The notes: generated by a model not told the origin, from the sequence alone. Shown: positions 7,413-16,276, counted from the first letter of the stretch. The stretch: 25,814 nt of DNA from a virus (IMGVR_UViG_3300006868_000092:1-25814); one strand, 5' to 3'. Translations and numbers: made by a program.

Positions 7413-8477
7413 ATGAGCGACGAGAGAAAAGGATTACCATCCGCATCAGAAGCATACCGTTGGATAAATTGTCCCGGTAGCTTTAAAATGCCTAAGAAAC
7501 AAGATGAACCCGGTGAAGCTGCTAAGCGTGGAACTGCCATGCATGACTACTTCGAAACAGGTAACTTCGGTGACCTAAATAAAGAAGAAATTGCAATTGT
7601 TGATAAAGCAAATGATATTATCGCAGAGTTTATCGAAGAAACCTTCCGGGGAAAACCAACAAAGATTATCAGAGAAGAACGCTGGTTCTATAAAAATGGT
7701 GCTGGAAACGAAATATTCTCCGGAAAAGCAGACGTTATCTACATATTCGACAGAACTGCACTGATCGTTGACCTTAAAACCGGGATGGGTGAAGTTGAGT
7801 CAGCTGATAAAAATAGACAACTACAAGCACTGACCATACTTTTGCAACAGAAATACCCAAACGTTTCAGAAGTTTACACCATGCTCGTTCATCCAGCAGT
7901 ATTTGGCGACCTATATAGTGTGGCCCGATATTCTCTAGATGATATCGGAACACTGAAAATGATCATACCAACTGCAGCTTGGAGAGCAAACCAAGAGCAT
8001 CAACCAAAAATGGTCGGGGAACAATGTAGGTATTGTAAGTCATATGACTATTGCGATGCTCCAAAAGTCCAAGCACTACTTGTTCCAGACAATAACCAAT
8101 TGACCATAACCCCGGAGCTACTAGGGAGGATTAAGGATGCCGAAACATTATTAAAAAAGCTTAAGGATGAATCACATAAGAAAGCCATCCAAATGCTTGA
8201 AAATAATAGTGACGCAATACCGGGATGGAAATTAAGAGCCGGAAGAAAGACTCAAACGGTTACGGATCCACAAGAAGCTTGCAGAGTTATGATGAAGGAA
8301 GGTCTTGATCCAGAACAGTTTAGCTTATGTTGTGCAGTAAGTATCCCTAAATTAGCAGATACCTACAAAGCAAATAATCCGGAGGTTAACAAAGTAAACG
8401 CTCGGAGAAAGGTAGAAGGATTACTTAGCGAGGTAATCGAAGAAAGAGTATCATCACCAATATTAGCAAAGAAATAA
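7413..8477 (+). CDS. DUF2800-like PD-(D/E)XK (Cas4-like) exonuclease
   Basis: SAS...RW..CPGS, A..GT..H, FSGKAD, IVDLKTG, QL, G.QCRYC....C, GWKL; probable ATG at 7413. Confidence 0.85.
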   Translation: MSDERKGLPSASEAYRWINCPGSFKMPKKQDEPGEAAKRGTAMHDYFETGNFGDLNKEEIAIVDKANDIIAEFIEETFRGKPTKIIREERWFYKNGAGNEIFSGKADVIYIFDRTALIVDLKTGMGEVESADKNRQLQALTILLQQKYPNVSEVYTMLVHPAVFGDLYSVARYSLDDIGTLKMIIPTAAWRANQEHQPKMVGEQCRYCKSYDYCDAPKVQALLVPDNNQLTITPELLGRIKDAETLLKKLKDESHKKAIQMLENNSDAIPGWKLRAGRKTQTVTDPQEACRVMMKEGLDPEQFSLCCAVSIPKLADTYKANNPEVNKVNARRKVEGLLSEVIEERVSSPILAKK

Positions 8478-8478
8478 T

Positions 8479-8712
8479 ATGGAAGATTCAATTATTAACA
8501 AACCACGTAAATTCTGGATAGTAATTAGAGGTAATGGAAAAACAGGTCAAATCCACTTCAAAGAAAAAAACGCAACCCAAGAAGCGGAGCATATCGCCAC
8601 GACAGAAAGAGTCATTGCCTATGTCATGGAGGCGGATTATGCGTTTGAGCCAGAAACAAAAGTAAACCGCCATTTCCTAATCAACGAAAACTTGAATAAT
8701 GATTGCGATTAA
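8479..8712 (+). CDS. Hypothetical protein
   Basis: ORF in the operon between the nuclease and RusA. Confidence 0.65.
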   Translation: MEDSIINKPRKFWIVIRGNGKTGQIHFKEKNATQEAEHIATTERVIAYVMEADYAFEPETKVNRHFLINENLNNDCD

Positions 8713-9181
8713 AAACGGAAATAAGGACAGAATAGAGTTTGTGGTTACGGGAGATCCGAAGCCACAACCTAGAGCTAGAGCATTTAAAATGGGCAATTCC
8801 GCAAGGATGTATGACCCCGGAACTGCAGACGGATGGAAACAATTAATAGCCAATGAATTAAAGGCTGTATTTAATGACTTTCCAGAAGCTTCACAGTTGC
8901 CCCAAGGTGGCCCCGTTCAAGTAATAGTGGATTACTACATTAAAAGACCCAAAGGACACTACAGAACGGGCAAGAATGCGGACTTAATCAAAGAAAGTGC
9001 TCCTGAATTTCCGGCAGGCAAACCAGACCTTGATAATCTTAACAAAGCGGTTTATGATGTTATCACTCAAACACAGCTAGTCTGGAAAGATGATTCACAA
9101 ATTGTTATTGAACACTCCACCAAGAATTACGCTTACGGTTTTCAAAAGGCCGGAGCTCACATTACTATCGAATGGCTTTGA
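8699..9181 (+). CDS. rusA: RusA-like Holliday junction resolvase
   Basis: G.PKPQPRAR, KPDLDNL.KAV.D and W.DDSQIV catalytic motifs. Confidence 0.9.
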   Translation: MIAIKNGNKDRIEFVVTGDPKPQPRARAFKMGNSARMYDPGTADGWKQLIANELKAVFNDFPEASQLPQGGPVQVIVDYYIKRPKGHYRTGKNADLIKESAPEFPAGKPDLDNLNKAVYDVITQTQLVWKDDSQIVIEHSTKNYAYGFQKAGAHITIEWL

Positions 9182-9227
9182 GTCTATGGGCTGACTTGTA
9201 AAGCGAAACGCACCCACATAACCAGAC

Positions 9228-9274
9228 GCTCCCTGCCGGGGCATTAAGCACGCAATCGAACGAAGGCAGGGAGC
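9228..9274 (+). other. GC-rich stem-loop (10-bp perfect stem, 27-nt loop)
   Basis: GCTCCCTGCC (9228-9237) pairs with GGCAGGGAGC (9265-9274) in the intergenic gap. Confidence 0.6.
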
Positions 9275-9297
9275 ATAACTTTAACGAAGAGAGAAGA

Positions 9298-9432
9298 ATG
9301 AGATACGACCCAGACGAGATGAGCGCAGCAGACTATGCGCTAGACATGGACCCGGATGGATTCATTAAGAACAAGGAAAATAGTGACCCGATGGATTTTT
9401 GGGGAACATGGGAATGGGATGGCGATGAGTGA
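9298..9432 (+). CDS. Small acidic hypothetical protein (44 aa, MRYDPDEMS...WDGDE); not in ORF track
   Basis: ORF whose stop overlaps the ATG at 9425 (ATGAGTGA). Confidence 0.6.
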   Translation: MRYDPDEMSAADYALDMDPDGFIKNKENSDPMDFWGTWEWDGDE

Positions 9433-9646
9433 TACACCGAGAACGGATGCTTTAATGAGAAAGCACATGGAAGTTAATGCTACAGTAGTTAGAGCAGCAG
9501 AGGATTTAGCAGAACACTCCTGTCAACTGGAGCATGAGCTTCAGGAGGCGAAGGGATTATTACGCACAGTTCTCAAAGAAAACGGAATTAATACACTTGG
9601 TAGGATTAAAATAGAAATGTTCCTAGAAAGCGAGGCGGGTGAATGA
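9425..9646 (+). CDS. Hypothetical protein (MSDTPRTDA..., coiled-coil)
   Basis: Start moved from 9356 to 9425 on the basis of the overlap junction; ends ESEAGE. Confidence 0.7.
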   Translation: MSDTPRTDALMRKHMEVNATVVRAAEDLAEHSCQLEHELQEAKGLLRTVLKENGINTLGRIKIEMFLESEAGE

Positions 9647-9933
9647 AATCAATTAAAGACTATAAATCGGCAGTATGTTACACCGAAGGTGTAGGATACG
9701 AGTGGCAGTTAATACCACAGGATCAATCAATCGCATACTTTAGAACAGGTTGTCTGATGTATGCAGAGTTCAGTCGAGTGCTATCTGAAAAAGAATGCCT
9801 GAAGGTTGAAGAGTGCTATAGCTATGACCAGTTTAAGAAACAAAGAACGGTTAAAAAGAAACACCTCTTACAATGGTATAACTTTGAAACTCCTACTAAT
9901 TTCGGAATAGAAAGCGAGGCGGGTGATGAGTGA
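9643..9933 (+). CDS. Hypothetical protein
   Basis: ATGA overlap; ends ESEAGDE. Confidence 0.7.
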   Translation: MKSIKDYKSAVCYTEGVGYEWQLIPQDQSIAYFRTGCLMYAEFSRVLSEKECLKVEECYSYDQFKKQRTVKKKHLLQWYNFETPTNFGIESEAGDE

Positions 9934-10156
9934 TACACCTACATTAACCATCGTTAGTCTAAAAAAGCAGTTAAAATTTATGACCGACAACAAATTTAAT
10001 GCAGACATGATGGTAAAAGATGGATATTGGTATAAAATACATGAGGATGGAGATGAATCATACATAGACCTCAACGAACCTATTTGTGAATATAATCCCA
10101 AATATATACACCTTGAAGCAGATGAACCTGAAAATATGGATATAGGATATGAGTGA
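9926..10156 (+). CDS. Hypothetical protein (MSDTPT...)
   Basis: ATGAGTGA overlap junction. Confidence 0.7.
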   Translation: MSDTPTLTIVSLKKQLKFMTDNKFNADMMVKDGYWYKIHEDGDESYIDLNEPICEYNPKYIHLEADEPENMDIGYE

Positions 10157-10307
10157 TAAACCAAGAAATATGCCATTAGGAGAGTGGCTTCAGTGGCAAA
10201 AGCTACTCAGACAATCTGGCAAGAGTGAGTCAGTGGCAATTAGATATATTGCCAGACTAGCAGCACTAGAAAGTGAGGCGGAAAGCGAAGCGGGTGAGCC
10301 TAAATAA
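10149..10307 (+). CDS. Small hypothetical protein (52 aa, MSDKPRNM...ESEAESEAGEPK); not in ORF track
   Basis: Same start and end motifs as its neighbours. Confidence 0.65.
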   Translation: MSDKPRNMPLGEWLQWQKLLRQSGKSESVAIRYIARLAALESEAESEAGEPK

Positions 10308-10527
10308 GAATTTCACCAAATAAAATAACCTGACAGGGCGATAGAAAGCGTCCTTATAAGGGTTTTGTTTGGGATATGGTTAAATAAGAGCAGTCCGAGT
10401 GACCGACATTAAACAGTCATTACGCCCTTGGTGGATGGGTTCAAATTCACCAACAATCAATAATATTAATCACACTTAAAATAGAAAGAGAGTGGTTTGT
10501 GTTATCGATACTTTGAATGACTAAATT

Positions 10528-10557
10528 GGGGAGGTCTTGGTAAACCTCCCCTTTTTT
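10528..10557 (+). terminator. Rho-independent terminator at the convergence of early and late transcription
   Basis: GGGGAGGT-loop-ACCTCCCC followed by TTTTTT; an overlapping CCTTTTTT/AAAAAAGG inverted repeat extends to 10572. Confidence 0.85.
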
Positions 10558-10579
10558 GGGCATAAAAAAAGGACTTAAT

Positions 10580-10969
10580 TCAGTCCCTCTTTTGTAGTTC
10601 CTCTAAGATCATTTTTAGCACCCCTTGCGTTGCCCTTCGACTTTCGTTGGACTCATTAGAGATGTCAGCTAATTGAGTTTTGATTATATCAAAATCTCGC
10701 TTACATTCTTCCCGAAATTGCATAAGCCCATCCATGTGAGCAGACATTTCCACTAGTGTTGCTACCTGCTCTTTCTCGTGCTTATTAAATTTTTCGGCTA
10801 ATTTATCGTGTGAGTCACCAAGACCCTCGATCTTGCCAGTCAGCTTATCGTAGATTTTCTCATCCTTAACATCACTACGCTCATCTACCGCATTCAAGCG
10901 TCTGTTAATCCAGACGCTCACAGTTACGGCATATGCTGTTAGTGCCATGATCTCAGGTGTGATTTCCAT
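10580..10969 (-). CDS. Membrane-anchored coiled-coil protein (holin/spanin-like candidate)
   Basis: N-terminal hydrophobic IMALTAYAVTVSVWI followed by a coiled coil; last gene of the late operon. Confidence 0.55.
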   Translation of the reverse strand: MEITPEIMALTAYAVTVSVWINRRLNAVDERSDVKDEKIYDKLTGKIEGLGDSHDKLAEKFNKHEKEQVATLVEMSAHMDGLMQFREECKRDFDIIKTQLADISNESNESRRATQGVLKMILEELQKRD

Positions 10970-11385
10970 TAGCTGATTTCCTTCACAACCCTGTCAATCT
11001 CTTTGCTTACGTTGTGTTTACTTGCAAGTTTTGATACCTTATCTTTAACTGCTTTAGCAAGCTCCTTGCCTTCATCTGACTCCGCAATCTTTTCTATTGC
11101 GATTGCAGCAACCTTAACAGCAGTTTTAGCTTTCCTTCGCTTAACTTCCAATCCCGCAGCAAGCATAGTGCTAAATAAACCATATGCTAACCCACCAAAA
11201 GGAACACTTTCAGCAATAGGTTTTGTAACATTGATAGCTCCCTTGACCACTGGGTTAAGTTCCACTGATTCATCCACATCAACTGTAGTAGGATCATCTA
11301 CACCACTATTAGTATAGAGAACTTTTTCTACTGTTTTACAGCCAGTAAGTGATAACAATATAGTAATTAATATTAATTTTTTCAT
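10969..11385 (-). CDS. Lipoprotein with a second hydrophobic segment (lysis/spanin candidate)
   Basis: MKKLILITILLSLTG-C lipobox; internal VPFGGLAYGLFSTMLAAGL followed by KRRK. Confidence 0.65.
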   Translation of the reverse strand: MKKLILITILLSLTGCKTVEKVLYTNSGVDDPTTVDVDESVELNPVVKGAINVTKPIAESVPFGGLAYGLFSTMLAAGLEVKRRKAKTAVKVAAIAIEKIAESDEGKELAKAVKDKVSKLASKHNVSKEIDRVVKEIS

Positions 11386-14300
11386 AATCCTACCTCTTCT
11401 ACCATTGCAGATACTACTGCATTACGTTCACTTGTGCTTAATAGTTTAGTCCAAATTGCTGCATTAGCAGTAGCACCCTCCCAAACGTCAGAACCACCAT
11501 AAGTAAGATTTGACACAGTTCCAGTGTGTAAATCAGCACCTAAAGATGCACTCTCGTTCTCGTCCAGCAATGTTCCAGACGTATTATAGATCCAGTGTTT
11601 AAGGGTCTGACTTGTTTTGTTAAATTGACCAACAAATAGATACCATGTATCATCTGTAATAGTATACTGTGCTGTGCTAGTGACATTAGTACCATCAGGA
11701 GTTGCCGACATTTGAAATCCAGTAGTACCATACCTGATGCCCCATACTTTGTCTCCTGCACTACCCCATTGCCCTATTGCGAATTTATAAGTCCCTGAAG
11801 ATGTAGAATACCATTTTAGCCATAGTGCAACAGTTATATCTGTATTTTCCCAGTTATAACCAGCTTGACGAAGATTTTGTGTTCCATCTTCCCAAAAATG
11901 GTTAATAGATGGGTCTGTTCCTATTCCGTTTTCTACTGCCAATGGCTGATTGGCTATTGTTGATTGACTAAAATCATAATTATTACCAGACAGGTCTAAC
12001 CATTCGTTCACTGCTTCTTGGTTAGCTATATTTCCTGTTACTACACCACCTACTGCATTAGATGAATCTATGCCGTTTTCTGTGAGGTCTAGCGAGGTTT
12101 CTCTAGCAGGTCCAACTGTAGGAGATCCGTTGACTGTGAGGTTTCTGTCTACCCCGTCAACAATGTCATCTTCTGTAAGATTAGTTGGAGTAAGGTCATT
12201 GCCACTTGTGTGGGCATCGCCCCAACGGTCAGCATCATCGTTGAAATCATAGTGTGAAATTAAGTTTGTATCTAAACTTTCGCCAGATAAATCACTGTAA
12301 TGAAAAGGAATACCTCCATTATATAGACCTGAGAAGTATGTATCATCAACCGCAGAAGAATATAGATTTAATTGATCTATAACACCGTCTAATTGGTTAA
12401 ATGAACTGTGCGGAGTGCCTATTTCTATTGTATCATTAGAATCACCCATTGCAGTATATGACCCTACGTGATTGCTTGTGACAGTTTGCTTAACCCCATC
12501 AATAAAAATAGAAATACCACCGTCAGTATCACCAGTGTTGCCTGTATATTTTGCCCCAATATGATACCATTGCCCTGTTGAAATACTGCTCGTTATATCA
12601 GTTCTATACCTATGTATGCCTGAAGCATCAAAAGGAGAAGACTGCAAACCTAAAGCCAAGTAAGGAGTTCCACCTATCCCTTGCTGATAAAAAACCCATT
12701 GCCAAGGGAAAGACCCACTAGCTGATTGCATAACCATTATATTCTGATGTGAACTAGTAGTTATTGTATCAAACTTTATCCAACATGATATAGAAAAAGG
12801 CAAGTCACCTCCCACATCGTAAAAATCAAAATCAGTTGCCCCAGTTAAAGTAAGTCCCTTATTAGTGTGTATATCAACCGCATCATTAAGACTCCTAGAA
12901 GCATCCAACCCTAGACCCCTTGGATCAAGGACGCTGTTCTCAAAGTCATACCATGAGATGAGGTTGGCGGTTGAGCCTGTGTAGTCGGATAGTGTTGCGT
13001 CTTTACCAAGATTATATAAGGTTTCAATTTCAGAAGATGCACCCCCTGTCAACTCTTTGTCCCATATTGATAAATTATACGCATCACCCCTGAAAGGCGT
13101 ATTAACCCCCCAACCGATGTAATTATCTTTATCACCTAAAAATAGCTTACTAGTGGCGGGGCTATTCATAGCAGTATATGAACCAGATAAAGAGTCCGTT
13201 CCACTTTGAGCGACATTATCAATATACATACTAAGATCACCGCTAGTTCTATTGCCATTATAAACAAAAACAAAATGATAAACATCAGTTAAGTTTAGTG
13301 ATGAAATATTTACTATCTTTTGTATGTAGGCAGAATTATCAACATCCGAAACTCTCCAAATAATTTCCGATAATACATTGGTTCCAATTCTCCATTGTAA
13401 ATCAGATGAACTTGACCCATAGCCAATCCAAGGGACTGAAGCAAGTTGATCTAATTTAGCCCAAAAAGAAACGGTGAAAGCAGGCTCATTACCAGTAGTT
13501 CCATCTGCTCCAAAAGAAAAAGCATCTGATGTAATATTTAACTCAGCCCCCGATACATTCATTCCTGCATACTGCGTTCTCGCATCCTTAACCCCGCCAA
13601 CAAGATCCGCTTCTGCTATTGAATTAGGAGTCAGGTGGTTGAGATTAGTGTGGCTATCCTGACCTATGATCGTGTTGTCCTGCTCGTTAAAGTCCCAGTG
13701 TGATACTAGGTTGGTATCTAGTCCTGCTAAAACTAACTCATCGTAGTTGAGTGGTACTCCGCTGTTGTAGAGTGAGTTGATTGTGGAGGCTGAGAGTTCT
13801 GCGTTGTAGATATTAACCTGATCTACTTTGCAGATTGGCTTAAAACTATTGCCTCCAATAAAGAAATCACCGCTACTAGAAATAGAGTCAATAGCATCTA
13901 AAGTGTCCTCTGTTGGCGTGTGAGAAATATTAACACCATTAACATAGAAGTTTATTCCTGTTCCGGCATGTGTGCCATCGTAACTTATTGCTAAGTGAAA
14001 CCATTCATCCAAGGGTAGAGTGTTTGCATCATCTGTAGTTGTTAATAGCCTATTTGATCCATCACTTATCAACCAGAAGCGCATCCTGTTTGTTCCTGAG
14101 AAATCAAACATCGTATTCCAACCCGCAGTAGAACCAGATTCGGTATTCCCTATAAAATATTCTTGTCCAGAATTTGAACTATCTACATAAACCCATGACG
14201 TATAAGTAAAAGAGTCTGTAGTGTCAAAATTAACATCACCAGAATCCGCATTGGCTATTGTGAAATTCCCTGTTCCTCCCAACGAAACCGCATGAGTCTC

Positions 14301-15059
14301 TTGGCTACTCTCACGACCAAAGTTTCTTGGGGAGTCAAAATCATACCACGCAGCTATAGATGAGTAGAATGTCTCGCTGCCCGTAAGATCACGATGTTTG
14401 ATCCCTGTGCCTGAGTTGTAGAGTTCTGTTACTTCAGTTTGGGTCAATACTTTACTATGATAAACTAATTGATCTATAGCACCTAACAATGGATATGTTG
14501 GTGTTCCCGATCTATTATGTGTATAAAATGGATTAGAAATTGTTGTGGCGCTTGGATCACTAATAGCAGAATAATCACCGTCCTGTGACACGTCCAATGT
14601 CTGTAAATCTCCATCGACATATAAGGTTATCTGCTTAGCTGTATGGTCAAATGTAGCGACACCGAAATGATAAGTGCCAGCTCCTGTTGTAATGTTGGCA
14701 GTATCGCTTTGAGCATTAGCACCAGTAGCGTTTTGGAAGAATCTAGCTTTTAATTTATTGGTGCTTACCTCAAAATAAACATAGCCACCAGTTCCTTCCC
14801 TAGCAACAATAGCACCAGATGTTCCGCTATTTCTCTTAAACCAACATGAGATAGAGAAACTGGATTGAATTAATTCATCATCCTTTGTTGCGCTCGTTCC
14901 TTCAAGCCTCCTAGTTCCAGTAGCATCATCAACCGCCAACTTACCATTGACCCCTGTATCAGTGCGCCAGTAACCCCACAGGCTATCTATGTCAAGTATG
15001 CCTATGCTTTTAGCCCATTGCTTAAATCGGCAACAGGCTGAAACAATTGATCCAAACAT
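11382..15059 (-). CDS. Multi-LamG/concanavalin-A-like domain virion adhesin or receptor-binding protein
   Basis: Five repeats of FS.S.W..., W.H....Y, G.ID...., LYN.G, W.DF motifs. Confidence 0.85.
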   Translation of the reverse strand: MFGSIVSACCRFKQWAKSIGILDIDSLWGYWRTDTGVNGKLAVDDATGTRRLEGTSATKDDELIQSSFSISCWFKRNSGTSGAIVAREGTGGYVYFEVSTNKLKARFFQNATGANAQSDTANITTGAGTYHFGVATFDHTAKQITLYVDGDLQTLDVSQDGDYSAISDPSATTISNPFYTHNRSGTPTYPLLGAIDQLVYHSKVLTQTEVTELYNSGTGIKHRDLTGSETFYSSIAAWYDFDSPRNFGRESSQETHAVSLGGTGNFTIANADSGDVNFDTTDSFTYTSWVYVDSSNSGQEYFIGNTESGSTAGWNTMFDFSGTNRMRFWLISDGSNRLLTTTDDANTLPLDEWFHLAISYDGTHAGTGINFYVNGVNISHTPTEDTLDAIDSISSSGDFFIGGNSFKPICKVDQVNIYNAELSASTINSLYNSGVPLNYDELVLAGLDTNLVSHWDFNEQDNTIIGQDSHTNLNHLTPNSIAEADLVGGVKDARTQYAGMNVSGAELNITSDAFSFGADGTTGNEPAFTVSFWAKLDQLASVPWIGYGSSSSDLQWRIGTNVLSEIIWRVSDVDNSAYIQKIVNISSLNLTDVYHFVFVYNGNRTSGDLSMYIDNVAQSGTDSLSGSYTAMNSPATSKLFLGDKDNYIGWGVNTPFRGDAYNLSIWDKELTGGASSEIETLYNLGKDATLSDYTGSTANLISWYDFENSVLDPRGLGLDASRSLNDAVDIHTNKGLTLTGATDFDFYDVGGDLPFSISCWIKFDTITTSSHQNIMVMQSASGSFPWQWVFYQQGIGGTPYLALGLQSSPFDASGIHRYRTDITSSISTGQWYHIGAKYTGNTGDTDGGISIFIDGVKQTVTSNHVGSYTAMGDSNDTIEIGTPHSSFNQLDGVIDQLNLYSSAVDDTYFSGLYNGGIPFHYSDLSGESLDTNLISHYDFNDDADRWGDAHTSGNDLTPTNLTEDDIVDGVDRNLTVNGSPTVGPARETSLDLTENGIDSSNAVGGVVTGNIANQEAVNEWLDLSGNNYDFSQSTIANQPLAVENGIGTDPSINHFWEDGTQNLRQAGYNWENTDITVALWLKWYSTSSGTYKFAIGQWGSAGDKVWGIRYGTTGFQMSATPDGTNVTSTAQYTITDDTWYLFVGQFNKTSQTLKHWIYNTSGTLLDENESASLGADLHTGTVSNLTYGGSDVWEGATANAAIWTKLLSTSERNAVVSAMVEEVGL

Positions 15060-15787
15060 TACGCTTCCTCGTAAGTGATTGCAGTAACAGTTCCATTCGC
15101 TGCTGCATCAGCACGAATCATAAGACCCTCACCTGCAACTGTCGATTTGACCTTACCTCTCGGTGTGTATTGAACACTGTCTGCTCCACCCGTAAACTTG
15201 AGAATCGCTAATGTTTCACTCGAACTATATATAGACACATTACACGCTGCACTACAACTGATTAATAAATCACTCAATACTGCCTTATTGGTTAATGCTC
15301 CACAAAGACTTACACCTGCTGTGTTAATATCTGTGTCTACAAAGGTCTTTATGTTGGGGTCAAATAATGATCCACCATCTTCGGTTACTACTGGCTCTGC
15401 GCTTGTGCCTTGCTGATGTGCCTGTAACTCTGATAATAATGATGCTGCCGTTGTCTCACTGGCTATTCCAGAAGCACTAAAATTTACTGCTCCATCAGCT
15501 TCACCTGTGCTACCAATTAAATCTGTTGAAGCCCCTAAAGAACTAGCAAATAATCTGATTAATGTGTGTTTACTTAAATTAAATGGAACAAAACCATTAT
15601 CACTTAAACTTCCATTTGTGTAATCAACCCATGTATCCCCATTATCATTAGACCATTGTAATTTTACAGTAGCACCATCCCAGTTTCCACTTATTTGAAA
15701 ATTACCACCGCCACCTTTCCAAGACCAGCCGTTTTGAACTGTTGGGTCTGGATATGTATCTCCCGCTGCAAGTGTAATATTAGCCAT
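15059..15787 (-). CDS. Putative minor virion protein
   Basis: Beta-rich FQISGNWDGATVKLQWSNDNGDTW; AGGAG RBS; TAATG-coupled to the LamG gene. Confidence 0.65.
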   Translation of the reverse strand: MANITLAAGDTYPDPTVQNGWSWKGGGGNFQISGNWDGATVKLQWSNDNGDTWVDYTNGSLSDNGFVPFNLSKHTLIRLFASSLGASTDLIGSTGEADGAVNFSASGIASETTAASLLSELQAHQQGTSAEPVVTEDGGSLFDPNIKTFVDTDINTAGVSLCGALTNKAVLSDLLISCSAACNVSIYSSSETLAILKFTGGADSVQYTPRGKVKSTVAGEGLMIRADAAANGTVTAITYEEA

Positions 15788-15861
15788 TTTATTCTCCTAT
15801 TCATCTATTAATCTAAATATCTTGTTGACTAATAAGTAATGTATTGAGAATGGCTAACGTG

Positions 15862-16179
15862 TCAATTCGGAATATCTATGTCAACAATGTCAACATCATC
15901 ACCAACCCAATTATTCTCATTGAGTAGCCACTGCTTTGCAAGCAAGTGCAATCCATATAACACATACCCATCATTGGTTACTGTGTAATCAACCTCAAAA
16001 TCTATAGAGCAATCTATCATGCAACCACCATTTGAGTAGGCATCCTTGGACGCATAGGGAAACAATTCAAGATGCAGTTTCTTCCCGCATTTAAGTAACT
16101 GCGGTTCTACTCGTAGATAATACTCGGTGAGAGAAGTTCCCTCCCTAGTCGTCTTGCTTTTCTTGACTAATAGTGCCAT
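15862..16179 (-). CDS. Hypothetical protein (fibre-associated)
   Basis: ORF with AAGGA RBS in the late operon. Confidence 0.65.
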   Translation of the reverse strand: MALLVKKSKTTREGTSLTEYYLRVEPQLLKCGKKLHLELFPYASKDAYSNGGCMIDCSIDFEVDYTVTNDGYVLYGLHLLAKQWLLNENNWVGDDVDIVDIDIPN

Positions 16180-16276
16180 TGGTTTCCTTTACTATCTCTG
16201 CAATGAGTTGAGCAACCTCTGCATAAGGCTTAGTTGATAAGTAATTTAATATCTTTGCTATTAGTTCTTTATTCAT
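16145..16276 (-). CDS. Small phage protein (43 aa, MNKELIAKILNYLSTKPYAEVAQLI...); not in ORF track
   Basis: IL.YL...PY.EV..LI pattern resembles small proteins found after phage tail fibres. Confidence 0.7.
   Translation of the reverse strand: MNKELIAKILNYLSTKPYAEVAQLIAEIVKETNGTISQEKQDD

Larger units (their letters stand above)
9624..10297 (+). repeat. Dispersed gene-junction repeat TAGAAAGCGAGGCGGGTGA
   Basis: Exact 19-bp copies at 9624-9642 and 9908-9926; degenerate, partly duplicated copy at 10267-10297. Confidence 0.85.

Noticed and set aside
9187-9216. Hammerhead ribozyme-like CTGA...CGAAA
   Set aside because: CTGACTT lacks the CUGANGA core, and the three stems cannot be built.
9624-10297. 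CRISPR array interpretation of the 19-bp repeats
   Set aside because: Spacing is about 280-360 bp and the intervals are whole ORFs; no cas genes.
10375-10455. tRNA gene (GGTTCAAAT T-loop-like)
   Set aside because: No acceptor stem, D-arm or anticodon arm in cloverleaf spacing; kept only as an ncRNA candidate.
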